A DNA stretch of 64,000 nt from Candidatus Sulfomarinibacteraceae bacterium (GCA_963796455.1 CAWCLO010000004.1:1152001-1216000), one strand, 5' to 3'. Shown: positions 24,301 through 30,943, counted from the first letter of the stretch. Translations and numbers: made by a program. The notes: a model not told the origin generated them from the sequence alone.

Positions 24301-26099
24301 AAGCTCGGACTCCAACGGGTCGAACCCATCCACTCGAGACCGAAGCCGACCACCGAACGGGCTAGGGGTTCGCCAAAAGCGAGCCGTTGACCGGCAGCGG
24401 CGAGTTCGGTGCCCCGCAACATGACGATCGCCTCGCCTACCGGCGGCAGATCGACCTCGACGCCGTTCGGCGCATTGGCGAGCGAGTGCGCAAGCCCGAG
24501 GAGTTCGATAGCGGGCTCGAGGACTGCTTTCGGCAAAGCGTCGACCACCGGTGGCAGGACGATGGACTCCGGCGAAAGAGGGATACCAAGTTCGCCGACG
24601 CCGATTTCGAAGACAAATCTGGCGTCGATTGCGTTCGACGAATTGAATGCGCTTGCAACCACCCTCCCGGTTCGAAGTGAATTGAGTTTCCACTTGACCA
24701 TCGCGGTTGTCCCCGGCAACAACTCCGCCACCCGTTGAATCGGGTTGTTGTCACCGTCCTCTATCTCGTCATAGAGGTCGTCGTTGGCACCAACAAGCCG
24801 GGCACCGGAGATCGCGTTCGTCGGCAGCTCCAAAGACAAATCGTAGACGGGAGTCGTCGAGACATTGGTTACTGCTACGCGGAAATCATAGAACTCTCCG
24901 GTGCGTACGACGTTCGGATGGAAGAAGGTCATCGCAAAACGCGGGTCGCGCACCACCACGACACCGGGAATCTTGCCTTCCACGGAAGCCGTCCGACCCG
25001 AGGTCAGACCATGGATCTCCCCTGTCAGGTGGGCTGTCAGGCGGTGCTGGCCTTCCCGTAAACCCTCAACCAGCCACGTTGCCTGTCCGCGAGCCTGGGC
25101 GACGATGAAGATCAGATCATCACTGGTTCCGGGTTCGCCGTCTGGCCCGGGATCCATAACCGGTACCGGCTCGCCGGGGATCGTCGGCGGGTCGGTTTCA
25201 GCTTGTCTGAGGCCGTCACTCGACAACTCGAGCACGCCCGTCAGGTTGCGCAATTCGAGACCGCTGTCGGCGAGTGCGCCGTTTTGCACCACCATGATGA
25301 CTGAAAAGAACTGATTGAGAAACGCCATATCGGTCGGGATGATGATGAAGCCTGGAATTGGTGTGGCTTCGATGGCCTCGGTGTCGATATCCGGCAGATC
25401 CAACAAGGTCCTCGGAATCGGTTCGAGACCGCCGGTATTGACGGTTGGCACCGGGATCTCGGGGAGCTCCGGCCCGATCGGCAGGGAGTAGGACTCCGGA
25501 GCCTCGAGCAATGTCATGCCCTGCGGTCCAAGCATCACGTCAAACGGGATTTCAACGGTCCCACCTTCGACCTGGAAACCCACCGTGTAGTGCCAGGCCG
25601 TGTAGTTGTCCGCATCGATGACGATGCCGTAGGCATCCATCTCATCGGGTGTCAAAGCTCTCGACGTGATCGACGAGATGACCAGCCGGTGAACCAGGAT
25701 CTCGGCGGTATCCGGTTCGGCCGACGAAATCGTCCGGTTTCCCTCCACCAGCCGAATTCCGGAGAGCGTGTAGGTTCCTTCGCGATTCAGTCCCGGAATT
25801 CGAAATGCATCGCCGGGAGAGGTCGTCAGCCGAAGCGGCTCGTCGAATCCGGGACCGCTGAGGTCGCCCTCGACCCGCAGCCCGGGGGGAATTTGATCAG
25901 GACGCAGTTCTCCCAAAGATGTAAATACAACAGTGGCTAAACCTGGCGCGACTTCTTGAAATGCGGGTGAAACCCTGAGGACCGCCCCGCGGATCTCGAG
26001 TTGGCCGGTTGCCAGTTCTTCGCCCCAAGCCCCGGCTGCCGCACTCACGATTAGTAGTAGAATCGCGATCCGCCTCGCATGCGGCGCCGGGTGAGACAT
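12366..26099 (-). CDS. Giant secreted multi-domain surface protein (~4577 aa): carboxypeptidase-regulatory-like repeats, Big_5/Ig-like domains, Gly-rich GGG domain, beta-helix segment, three Calx-beta domains
   Basis: Single uninterrupted ORF with AGGAGGAG before the ATG at 26099 and an N-terminal signal peptide. Motifs include repeated G.V.G.V...G.P...A.V...D..G.F.F..VP.G, GGGVVRI..SANG..GAAGGSIWI, DMDRRQRVGSWDIGADQ and Calx-beta GTAEGGADF..GTL.FEPG. Confidence 0.9.
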   Translation of the reverse strand: MSHPAPHARRIAILLLIVSAAAGAWGEELATGQLEIRGAVLRVSPAFQEVAPGLATVVFTSLGELRPDQIPPGLRVEGDLSGPGFDEPLRLTTSPGDAFRIPGLNREGTYTLSGIRLVEGNRTISSAEPDTAEILVHRLVISSITSRALTPDEMDAYGIVIDADNYTAWHYTVGFQVEGGTVEIPFDVMLGPQGMTLLEAPESYSLPIGPELPEIPVPTVNTGGLEPIPRTLLDLPDIDTEAIEATPIPGFIIIPTDMAFLNQFFSVIMVVQNGALADSGLELRNLTGVLELSSDGLRQAETDPPTIPGEPVPVMDPGPDGEPGTSDDLIFIVAQARGQATWLVEGLREGQHRLTAHLTGEIHGLTSGRTASVEGKIPGVVVVRDPRFAMTFFHPNVVRTGEFYDFRVAVTNVSTTPVYDLSLELPTNAISGARLVGANDDLYDEIEDGDNNPIQRVAELLPGTTAMVKWKLNSLRTGRVVASAFNSSNAIDARFVFEIGVGELGIPLSPESIVLPPVVDALPKAVLEPAIELLGLAHSLANAPNGVEVDLPPVGEAIVMLRGTELAAAGQRLAFGEPLARSVVGFGLEWMGSTRWSPSFDVLRRQSRRGHQLENATASYLGARMEELGASEALAELEELAISGRPMVLVSAEGAGFEGGARLAMVGNSSGRTVVGQRSDVEFFTRDLEGGSILGLDSDAWSGEIGIVAVPVEKDGSWFEESYQVQLWGTRSGAVDIEAILVMPDGSTRRFAPSQEVDTGNGSLAFFNIGPLLESTWIESDSNGDSLRDWWEEIVAVDRGAPAPRVIRAGFSQTVNPVRSGGYRNVVLLLSQPVDGDAVAEIEAEEWLIDSVLDIDDGQGSVESFSRSRHGRSFRVQLDPRILVVTFSEPLNPHAELKLSSGSAPLPMVGGGELDISDFLIDVGEGLESGVVRGVVLGPDGGPLPHAELELYELFEICHPIDGCNWYPGLSDRVRADASGGFLFDAVRYRDEAIPSQHAAFTVRAVDPENGRDTRLVGRLPGDNQVRTLTLAMVGRGDVVGTLRKADGSALVNPVVIARSITNPWEGRQTEPDASGSFRLEDLPVGPVQVVAKDGPTYTSGTAQITAPGAEAAIELVLHDFAQPLAQVEGSVIDGETAQPIPDLDVYVIPAGYQGATHAARTDSNGLFSMEDVPPGIARFKAWSPTLGRYVGEVVVDLLGDAMNTAELVVRASATGTITGKVTLLSGGVETPVAGAYVVARQQGLFALADEGGLYDLSNLPLGQIDLEVWDPVTAASTTKTVDLTADGQVLVLDFVLREDQGLGSVTVNVANGSGSPEFGAEVALAHFGSGYGGRTGGDGSIRIEDVPPGEHDVLVRLGQRLARGKVKVLYPGHSAATNLILGGLVSATIRVEADTVGGGEVAPITPISYRVPGVTSTGRIGQVPDEGWTECELDPEGVCLVEDLPTNVGSLVAVASSGFYGPVSASMFIDGVDGRELVINFQAPGIVGGTVVRPGPEGPIAVAEATVELWITGTGGNLIALHKQPSQQDGTFNFGLVPRGAYSIRVYHPGHGIAWLNGNMGSGQVIDDLVLSLRGRAATEGQVALCFDKKSAKAGSSVRISMWPNGVPKPFISNLEIGEIENRVLDLELDEDDRASFMFAGQMVGTWTLSATSALHGSAYETVGLGPAGETTLLAEPVCLHPTGTVGGTVTLPENGEPVESVTVQLFRRVSYYYEILTTESTAADGTYLFSSVPVGRDYQVRAFHTASNRGGISATVSLCDSSNSGFGTTCVRDAVLDVSLSPMGRLEGILRDQYQEPVEGGQIKLRTSVVLNQNGQVQQHQREWTAFTGADGGFVFEGVSAGTAVITAFDPDSPLFVEATVSINPVTSPTTTIELELPETAEIAVRVLDPFGVALADEVPSVAFQQSSHDFFREPSGSSPTVQHLSMDVAPVFENVVSGRFKVGACLGACESAGVEQILGRKFTTALGAVSESWMSNPPSDQVVELELMGRAAIAVAVTQGGEPVVGAKVRITGSGFYGRRDVTTQTGDDGSIIPVSGLGVGTYTVTAALTDPTGALLGGSREIEISQEDHSGTISVEMAIELSASAEGRTLDPMGQPAAGALVKMIFSNRTFQAVSDETGWFTFPSLAANQTYQLEAYAANGLGRHSLRDIVVATDHLILADLVLDETNPWVASIEPVNGGQDADPTADIIIDFSERMRLATLVGGNISLRQQGSGSSVPFTRSFSEEPDPDGDGPLEAFTRVTLAHGPLVSETLYLIDVLDDVEDLAGRRPSFDLHSTFRTRDTIPPSVLGAVPVDDPDGDQPVGPDVVPIISCSESMDPESLSATTVRLLDAGGQPVEAVLDLQRDGFDIRIRPATALELDTFYTVIIDGVTDAAGLALAEAYSFTFRVRDIEAPVITLLLPEGAMDQGGVWTALEGREITVLAAVTSNDSLRSVVLTVDGVPLMVSPDAIPGRFRGTAMMPVDVPSVVLGAAAEDVSGNVSEIASRELMVVDDRLPTGTIGSEPSNEVLPNHLLTVTIDFADDHGLASAYVSTTGVIEQEWTVVLSGTTGSDSREYRIPFDAVAGEQLLVSCEVEDTLEQRSSLTPLVITVAGDTASPTLSVTAPDFDLNYRSGQQIEFQFELEDEVAVESASLEIDGQTVAVEIADPVLPGPGWTAAAAAIWTVSETDEARTVPWTLSAVDPAGNTGTLEGTLSVIPAQGPDDPVVSFLCPRSGDYCLPDSEVVFTFAIDDDDEVQYYSILVDGEPVLEEVPLGETSWMGEFLWTPPADATAGDDFVIRIVARDWNGNEGSASAILTVPYGTVLTGERELLVDHLGEDLILGPGTHTAATALRPQNLTLLQGATLISRQAESLILTDLGVLDIRCGGAIDVTGLGYSGGETHPSATLADDARSAGSHLGEGSSYGTPGSTYGSVYRPQEFGGGSRNPDSGLPGGGVVRILADSVRIADRAAISANGSTATETYQHGAAGGSIWITAGTITGEGVIEARGGNANNRDRTSAGGGAVALEYGEIDDEIVGAIRADGGYYWRAGGAGTVYLQGPDSIFGDLVVDNAGYRGRYTLPPTLGSGSVLAGSGGQTLVTDRDQVVPQYFVGHWVEVLDSDENESKGKWRVASVDGFTLTLDGDPEIIAGDLWRGVYRFDSVTVRGEARVRFYDHDDFGSVDVEYRSILEEPNDEAPSINPETIVLSAFARKFWIEGFAGAVTDPDGVNRVTVVNDTAGTDVTYYLEPNGSFFRRDISGASGDEIRLEATDSHYDPFVGEALVGTLPANDDAPTIDPSLVSIVNQDGQGLEYRYRVDGLPGAITDENWRVDVTVRNVTAGISWSQEISSVGNFSIGFDAEPGETLLLEATDQHPEPKTSVLDLGGMPDFLPPGIDAAGIGVLAFDFGYWLVSEEPVIFDDSEIDVVFAIDPEQPENVYPLQLRTDGGIDLSPVSDRTGAVLEIVARDEFGNESRVPIPEPLPQNFEPPMVRDEYLSLTANGTEYVVGSIGSCSSEDPCGFPLESFDGVSFARLENRTTAIFEDVDLVLEEASCTWDCGTFIYGFEGASIQGAVGDEIWLVVGDQHPQSTESEQIIWALPQADGSPSITLSEENLIYLDGDYRLRIPAGGVIDPDGPVDLFVSLWRALPGGWVEVGETAATILSGNATDILLPGGLQGDLVILRAFDSVGMTTTVNLGALPEPGSIFASFDSAIYEIAESAGGVRMTIELSEIPTEAVEVQYRTIDGTAEGGADFEATEGTLLFEPGRQRGDIVIRLVDDDVTEGSQSFRVELLSAPGIEVREPIEAEVVITDVDAPPVRVTYSVGVDPYNFLVEPIDLSIVHGQAVFETPLPDGPDVGDQVFIDGLEALFIGDCESDTRCRVHDALGRPPADIAGVTATAIAPAFGSLEAAMWVSADNEHLGTYDLVSVGRSLEILCYGGAPDVTPVRIENWVTSPTHDIRIAAPDSGEIRGVSQRHEGRWSDSAYRLSVFGYRAIWCSVGNVTIEGLQFRVQGDSQTSATGIFLDSLDGTVDLNGLLIQIEGGETSYGMRNGVVVSTAAVADLVLRNSVIHVTDGVSNSQVFAVDVTGVDLNFFALNNTVVGAGYGFNSRDGSITAINNLAVGCGPCFVGEFVAGSANNIATDGSAPNPPAGDFGPVAFLNGTPTVDADYHLACTAWDLVQAGEAMMVHNFNPYDVAMVFDNNADTLAVTEAINPAVITVEFSQPRMIAGTGIRLSNADSHDWMVEAAMRLEDLDPPSGSYIELVDRRDADNTERMATGVDFEAPVEFKVIRLTVWRTTGQEQSQQYVHLVDWWLEGLNTACGQGVDLSEYLDHPFAADMDRRQRVGSWDIGADQSAGLTVGFEGGPYQWWETEGAAQAQVLLSEPAKTEVTVRFKTFSGSALEGEDFIRTEGRLIFEPGEYLKIVHVPLVNDGLGDEFEDFSIELFNPSGARLAVTGFGMTIREGAPPPRVSLSSTLIDVPEDGAVVTVGLDLSRFSEEDVMAGWAVFDRSTRYTLDYGVPEGEWPEQNTVFESGATHADIEFLIFDDSYRENDEFFILRPGGFEGAEPGVPSVGYVRILDDDGGAP

Positions 26100-26186
26100 C
26101 ACTCCTCCTATATGCCGTGAAAATCCGGAGGATACCTTGCTGGTTTTGCCTTCATGGTGAACGGAGAACCCCTTTCACCGAAACGA

Positions 26187-26262
26187 AATCGCCCTCACTC
26201 AATACGATATGGCCCGGCTCGTCCAGCCGCAATGGTCCGATTGAATGGTTTTTCTCATCAAA
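26187..26262 (-). promoter_or_regulatory. Copy 1 of a duplicated 76-bp promoter element upstream of the giant-protein operon
   Basis: 72/76 identical to 29628-29703. Minus strand reads TTGCGG (26232-26227)-N17-TATCGT (26209-26204), a sigma70-like spacing. Confidence 0.7.
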
Positions 26263-26311
26263 TCTGGTGGTTTTGGGACGCGAATCGTTCAATTCGCGAT
26301 CAGATCGCTTC

Positions 26312-27937
26312 TCAATCGCCTACCGGGGTCCACCATGAAGTGTCTCCGCTTTCGAATCCGTCGCCATAGATGATCGTCGGGTCGATCAGGACCACGGCGG
26401 TCTCCTCACATGGGCCGGGACTCGTCACGGTGACCCAGTAGTTGGTGGCGGACTCTGGCGCAACCGAAATCGTGTCCGTCGTTTCCCCGGTACTCCAGGT
26501 GTGGCTGTCGTAAGCCCCGCCGACCGAGAGTTGATAAGGACGGCCGAACGGGGGATCGACGACAATTTCCGGAGCGGCGCACCCAAGATCGGAGGTCATC
26601 GCCGTCACCGATTCGCTCAGATTACTGGCGACGAGGTTCAGGTTGTCTTCGTGTGGGTTGGTATAGGCCGCAACTGCAAGGTCGAAGGATTCCCCCGAAT
26701 CAAGACCCGTGACCGGAAACAAAAGTGTCGCCTTGCCCGAGGTGAAGCCGGCCCGGATCCAGTCGTTCATCCCGATCTCGGAGTAGAAAACCGTATAGCC
26801 TCCTTCGTCCTCCGTGTAAGGGATCGAATCCCAGCTCACCCACACCGTGTGATCGCTCACCGAATCCACCACGAGGTTTAACGGAGCCACGGTCTGGGTA
26901 CCCTCGAATTCGTAATCGGGACGATGAGTCTCGTCGACGAAGGCCTGCACTGCCGGGTCATCAACAAACAGAGCATTCCAGGAAAGAATCATCCCGGTGG
27001 CGCCCGGTGCTGCCAGCTGTGTATTCGTGATCTCGATCGGAATCGCACCGCTGAACAGGTTTCCCCGAACGCTGAGCTTCCGGAGTCCAGTCAGATTTCC
27101 TATCTCAGGCGGAATGGACCCCGAGAAACTGTTGTCGTCCAGGACAATCGTATGCAATCTTGAAAATGTCCCGATTTCCGGTGGGATCGGCCCGGAGAAC
27201 TGATTGTACGAAAGAAGAAGCTGGGAAAGGGAAGAAAGATATTGAATCGACCACGGAATGGGTCCCGTCATCTGGTTGGATCGAAGATCGAGCGAACTCA
27301 GCGAATCCATATCTCCTATCTCGAGCGGGATCGAGCCCGAAAACCGATTCCAGCCGAGTTCGAGAAAAGCGAGTTTTCGCATCTGGCTCAATTCCACCGG
27401 CAACGGCCCGCTGAAATCGTTGGACGACAGATCGAGGGACCAGAGGATCGGCAATGAAATGAGTTCGACTGGGAAACCTCCAGTCAGACCGCAGTCACGG
27501 AGAACCAGAGTCGTCAAACTTGAAACGGAACCGAGATGAGCGAAAACGGCCCCCGCCAGGGTATTCTCCGAGAGATTGAGAAAACGGAGTTCGGTCAGGT
27601 TGGCGAGTTCGGCGGGGATGGACCCGCTCAAGTTGTTTCGCGCCAGATTGATCGACCGAACATGCTTTGGTTCGTAATTGAAGCAGGAAACGCCGTACCA
27701 TCCGCACTCGGTTCCAGGAGGGTTGAAATCGGAGTCGATGGAGTTTCTCCAGTTCGTCCTGTTGGTCCAGTTCTCCCCATCGGTTGCGTTGTACAGTGCG
27801 ATGAGCGCCTCACGTTCAATCTCCGGGACCTGAGCAATCGCTGTCGAACAGATCGGCGCGAGGAACAAAAGGCACCGCAAAATTCGTCGGTTGATTCCGC
27901 GATTGAATAACGACCAGATCGAGTTTTTCAAAATCAT
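26312..27937 (-). CDS. Secreted plant-like leucine-rich-repeat protein with FN3-like domain and C-terminal DGFESGD tag (541 aa)
   Basis: EREALIALYNATDGENW cap, about nine 24-aa LxxLxLxxNxFSGxIP repeats, an FN3-like segment and the terminus IIYGDGFESGDTSWW. Start placed at ATG 27937, which overlaps the upstream TGA. Confidence 0.9.
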   Translation of the reverse strand: MILKNSIWSLFNRGINRRILRCLLFLAPICSTAIAQVPEIEREALIALYNATDGENWTNRTNWRNSIDSDFNPPGTECGWYGVSCFNYEPKHVRSINLARNNLSGSIPAELANLTELRFLNLSENTLAGAVFAHLGSVSSLTTLVLRDCGLTGGFPVELISLPILWSLDLSSNDFSGPLPVELSQMRKLAFLELGWNRFSGSIPLEIGDMDSLSSLDLRSNQMTGPIPWSIQYLSSLSQLLLSYNQFSGPIPPEIGTFSRLHTIVLDDNSFSGSIPPEIGNLTGLRKLSVRGNLFSGAIPIEITNTQLAAPGATGMILSWNALFVDDPAVQAFVDETHRPDYEFEGTQTVAPLNLVVDSVSDHTVWVSWDSIPYTEDEGGYTVFYSEIGMNDWIRAGFTSGKATLLFPVTGLDSGESFDLAVAAYTNPHEDNLNLVASNLSESVTAMTSDLGCAAPEIVVDPPFGRPYQLSVGGAYDSHTWSTGETTDTISVAPESATNYWVTVTSPGPCEETAVVLIDPTIIYGDGFESGDTSWWTPVGD

Positions 27938-29502
27938 GACCCCATGCTCGGAGCTGTCGGCGTTGGCGTTGGCGTCGGTGGGGGAAATGTCGGTGTCCGC
28001 GTTACGGTCGGTGTTCTGGTCGGCGTGACGGTGCCAGTCGGCGTGCGCGTCGGCAGCGTCGAGGTCCAGGTCTCGGAGGTACAGATTTCGCTGCAAGTGA
28101 AATCTGTGCCGACGACCCGGAGGTCGAGACACACCTCGAAGGTACCGTTCCAATGCTCAGGCGTGATGTAGGTGCCGTCGAAATCCACATACCAGAGGGT
28201 CGAGGAGCCTGGCTCAACGACCGCGAATTCGGGCTGCTGGGTTTCGACATCTATCGGTGAATAGCCGTTGCCGTCCCAATAGGCTGAAAAATGCGAATCT
28301 TCGGAAACGGCGAAGTAATCGACATACATGGTCGAGTCGGGAGCCCACAGCGGATAGGTGAATTGGGTCCGGGTGATCTCCACCTCCACCTCGAGATCAC
28401 TCGTGACCGTCGCGATCTGGCTGTTGCCACCTTCCCTCAGGTCGTCAATTGTCAGAAGTTCGCAGTCCACCCAACCCTCGGGTGGAAAGTAGCTGGACCA
28501 CACGGTCATATCGCCCGATTCGAAGCCATCGCTGAAAATGTCGTCCCCACCCACGCCGAAGACCTCGAAAAGGCTGAAGTCACTCATGACGAAGGCGAAA
28601 CCAGAGGCGGCAACGACACCCGTTGCCCGGCCGCGGGTCTCCATCTGCCCTGCGGATGGAACGAGCCTGCCGGAGTTCCTCTCATGGAGGTGAAGGCCAT
28701 CGTCCGCAACGGCCACGAGAAGATGTTTACCCGAAAGTTCTACGGAAAGCGCCTCTATGGAGAGGTCCCCGTCGAGCTCGACCGGATTCGATGGCTGCGA
28801 GATATCGACCACCCGCAAGCCGCCTTGTCCACCGGCCACGAAAACACGGGTGCGATCTACTGCCACGTCGAGGGCACTCGCGCCCGGCAGGAAACAGGAA
28901 GCCACTTCCACCGGAGCCGTGGGATCGCTGATGTCGATGATGCGGAGACCATAGTCCCCCGCGGCTACAAAAACCCTCGAATCACGAATCGCGATGGCTT
29001 GCGCCTCTCCCGGCATGGCAATGTGGCCCACCTCGACGGAGGTGCGGAGGTCGATGACTCGTACACCTCCCCTGCCGGCCGCCACAAAAGCCATGCGACG
29101 CTTTGTGACCACATCTCGTGCTTCCCCGGGAATCGAAATCCTTTCGACTTCCTGGGGATTGAAGGGATCAGAAATATCCACTAGTTTGAGCCCAGCCTCG
29201 CCGCCAGCGATGACCAGGTGCTGACCGGAAACAGACAGCGCATTGGCCGCAGTGCCGGGGAGGTCGAGCCTCGCGACCGGACCAAGCTCCGCCGGTTTTC
29301 GCAGATCGAAGACATGGAGGGCCTTCCCGTCCACTGCCGCAAAGGCGAACGGTCCAACGATCGCGATCGCCGTGGCCGGGCCGGGAAGATCGATCACCGC
29401 CACCGGTTCGACGCGATGATCTGCTGGGAGAAGAAAAGTCAGAGAGCCGAGCAACAGCACACCGACAATGACGAGATCAGCTCGAGGTGGTCGAATGCTC
29501 AA
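27934..29502 (-). CDS. LVIVD-repeat (beta-propeller) protein with internal DGFESGD motif, extra C-terminal domain and Pro/Thr tail
   Basis: Repeats of the form AFVAAG.GGLR.IDISDP..P.EV, internal IFSDGFESGDMTVW, tail TPTRTPTVTRTPTFPPPTPTPTP. TTG start preceded by AAGGAGG. Confidence 0.85.
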   Translation of the reverse strand: MSIRPPRADLVIVGVLLLGSLTFLLPADHRVEPVAVIDLPGPATAIAIVGPFAFAAVDGKALHVFDLRKPAELGPVARLDLPGTAANALSVSGQHLVIAGGEAGLKLVDISDPFNPQEVERISIPGEARDVVTKRRMAFVAAGRGGVRVIDLRTSVEVGHIAMPGEAQAIAIRDSRVFVAAGDYGLRIIDISDPTAPVEVASCFLPGASALDVAVDRTRVFVAGGQGGLRVVDISQPSNPVELDGDLSIEALSVELSGKHLLVAVADDGLHLHERNSGRLVPSAGQMETRGRATGVVAASGFAFVMSDFSLFEVFGVGGDDIFSDGFESGDMTVWSSYFPPEGWVDCELLTIDDLREGGNSQIATVTSDLEVEVEITRTQFTYPLWAPDSTMYVDYFAVSEDSHFSAYWDGNGYSPIDVETQQPEFAVVEPGSSTLWYVDFDGTYITPEHWNGTFEVCLDLRVVGTDFTCSEICTSETWTSTLPTRTPTGTVTPTRTPTVTRTPTFPPPTPTPTPTAPSMGS

Positions 29503-29627
29503 CGTGGCCCTCCTTGTCCTGCGACCGGACAGTTTCGAAGGTCAAATACGCCGTCCCGTCCAACTGTATTCCTCGACCAGCGGTTCGTTGCCGCCATGAT
29601 CCATTGATCAACCTCTTCAGGTAGCGG

Positions 29628-29703
29628 AATCGCCCTCATTGAATACGATATGGCCCGGCTCGTCCAACCGCAATGGTCCGATTGCATGGTTTTTCTCATC
29701 AAA
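29628..29703 (-). promoter_or_regulatory. Copy 2 of the duplicated 76-bp promoter element, upstream of the LVIVD/LRR operon
   Basis: 72/76 identical to 26187-26262, with the same TTGCGG-N17-TATCGT and the same orientation relative to downstream minus-strand genes. Confidence 0.7.
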
Positions 29704-29743
29704 GTGAGTGATTTTGCTCAACTCTTCGTCTGATTCTTGGACA

Positions 29744-30943
29744 TCAATCGAGCAAACGGGCTTGTTGCTCCAGCGCCGTACGTGCCTGGGTTTGAAGGGC
29801 CAAAGCATGATCGGTCAGAACCGCGCGGTCAACCTCGAGCACATCGACGGCACGATCGGCAATTGAATCGATCGGAGTCGCGCCTTCGGGATTTGTGGGA
29901 TCCCAGGTCTTGAGCATCAGATCGAGCTTGCGGACCCGGCTGCCGAACCCGACGTGCGGTACGCCATAAACGAGGGCGGTCTGGTTGGCGTGGAGGGAGC
30001 TGCCGACGACCAGGCGGGCGCCAGCTATCGCGGCCAGAATATCGGTCACATCCGGCGACGGCAGTAGAGTGACCGGGAGATCATCGAGAAGCTTCGCGAT
30101 CCGCCGGAGTGGCCCCTGGTCCTCGTGACCCGGCGCCTGCCCGAGAGGCAGCAAAAGGCACGACAGACCGGCCCGGTCGTGGATCTTCCGGATCTGATCC
30201 GCCAGATCCTCGGTCACCCCCCACGAAGGATAGCGACCGACCTGAAACACGAAGTACTGTTCCCTCATCCCGGAGAGAAGATCTCGGGTTTCGGGAGATG
30301 CCGCCGAAAACGCCTCGTCGCGAGGGAATATCTCGGAGATCAACACCGCCGGATCCGGGGTCAGGTGAATATCGAGCGGGAGATTCAATTCTTCCAGTGC
30401 GCTCTTTGTTTCGGTGTCACGGACCCCAAGATAGCCCGCCCGGGCGAGCCTGGTCCGAGCGGCGTCGCGAAAGCTCTCGGGCAAGGAGCCGAGACCGATC
30501 CCGCCCACACCGTTGCAGGTGACCGGCGCGTCGAGGCCGAGATCGACTGCATCGAGTACCCACGGCTGCGGGCGATCGCCGGAAAGTAGTCGGCGGCAGA
30601 GGCCATCGACGGGTCCCGCTCCGACGAACTTTGCGAGGATTTTGACGGCCAGCGTTCGACGGGGACCGGCAAGACCTGAATACGCGTCCGACCAACGGGC
30701 CGAAAGCAATTCACCACCCGCAAGCACGACGAGCCGCGCTCGAGGATGGCCTTCCCTCAGCTCGGTTATCGGTCGCGTCTTGACGCCTCCCCGTTCACGC
30801 AGATCGGAACCTCGGATCGAGTAGAACCGATAGTCGGCCTCGACGCCCATCCCGGAGAGGGTCTGTTGGACGACGATCGGGAAAAGCAGGTCGCCGAAGT
30901 TGAAACGATCAAAAGCGCCGACGACTGCGATCACCGGTTTCAC
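29744..30943 (-). CDS. Polysaccharide pyruvyl transferase family protein
   Basis: GAFDRFNFGDLLFP, GVRD..T, PDPAVL and GSSLH...ALVYGVPH motifs; GTGA overlap with the flippase gene. Confidence 0.85.
   Translation of the reverse strand: MKPVIAVVGAFDRFNFGDLLFPIVVQQTLSGMGVEADYRFYSIRGSDLRERGGVKTRPITELREGHPRARLVVLAGGELLSARWSDAYSGLAGPRRTLAVKILAKFVGAGPVDGLCRRLLSGDRPQPWVLDAVDLGLDAPVTCNGVGGIGLGSLPESFRDAARTRLARAGYLGVRDTETKSALEELNLPLDIHLTPDPAVLISEIFPRDEAFSAASPETRDLLSGMREQYFVFQVGRYPSWGVTEDLADQIRKIHDRAGLSCLLLPLGQAPGHEDQGPLRRIAKLLDDLPVTLLPSPDVTDILAAIAGARLVVGSSLHANQTALVYGVPHVGFGSRVRKLDLMLKTWDPTNPEGATPIDSIADRAVDVLEVDRAVLTDHALALQTQARTALEQQARLLD

Noticed and set aside
26110..26186. Possible c-di-GMP riboswitch in the giant-gene leader (GGCAAAACC and a GGTGAA/TTCACC hairpin)
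   Set aside because: It lacks the GNRA-loop P2 and the downstream GCAAAGC/receptor elements; only a simple hairpin is supportable.
27938..28153. N-terminal extension of the LRR ORF with DADAH/NAD repeats
   Set aside because: It is an alternative-frame reading of the upstream gene's Pro/Thr tail; the ATG at 27937 fits a signal peptide and an ATGA overlap.
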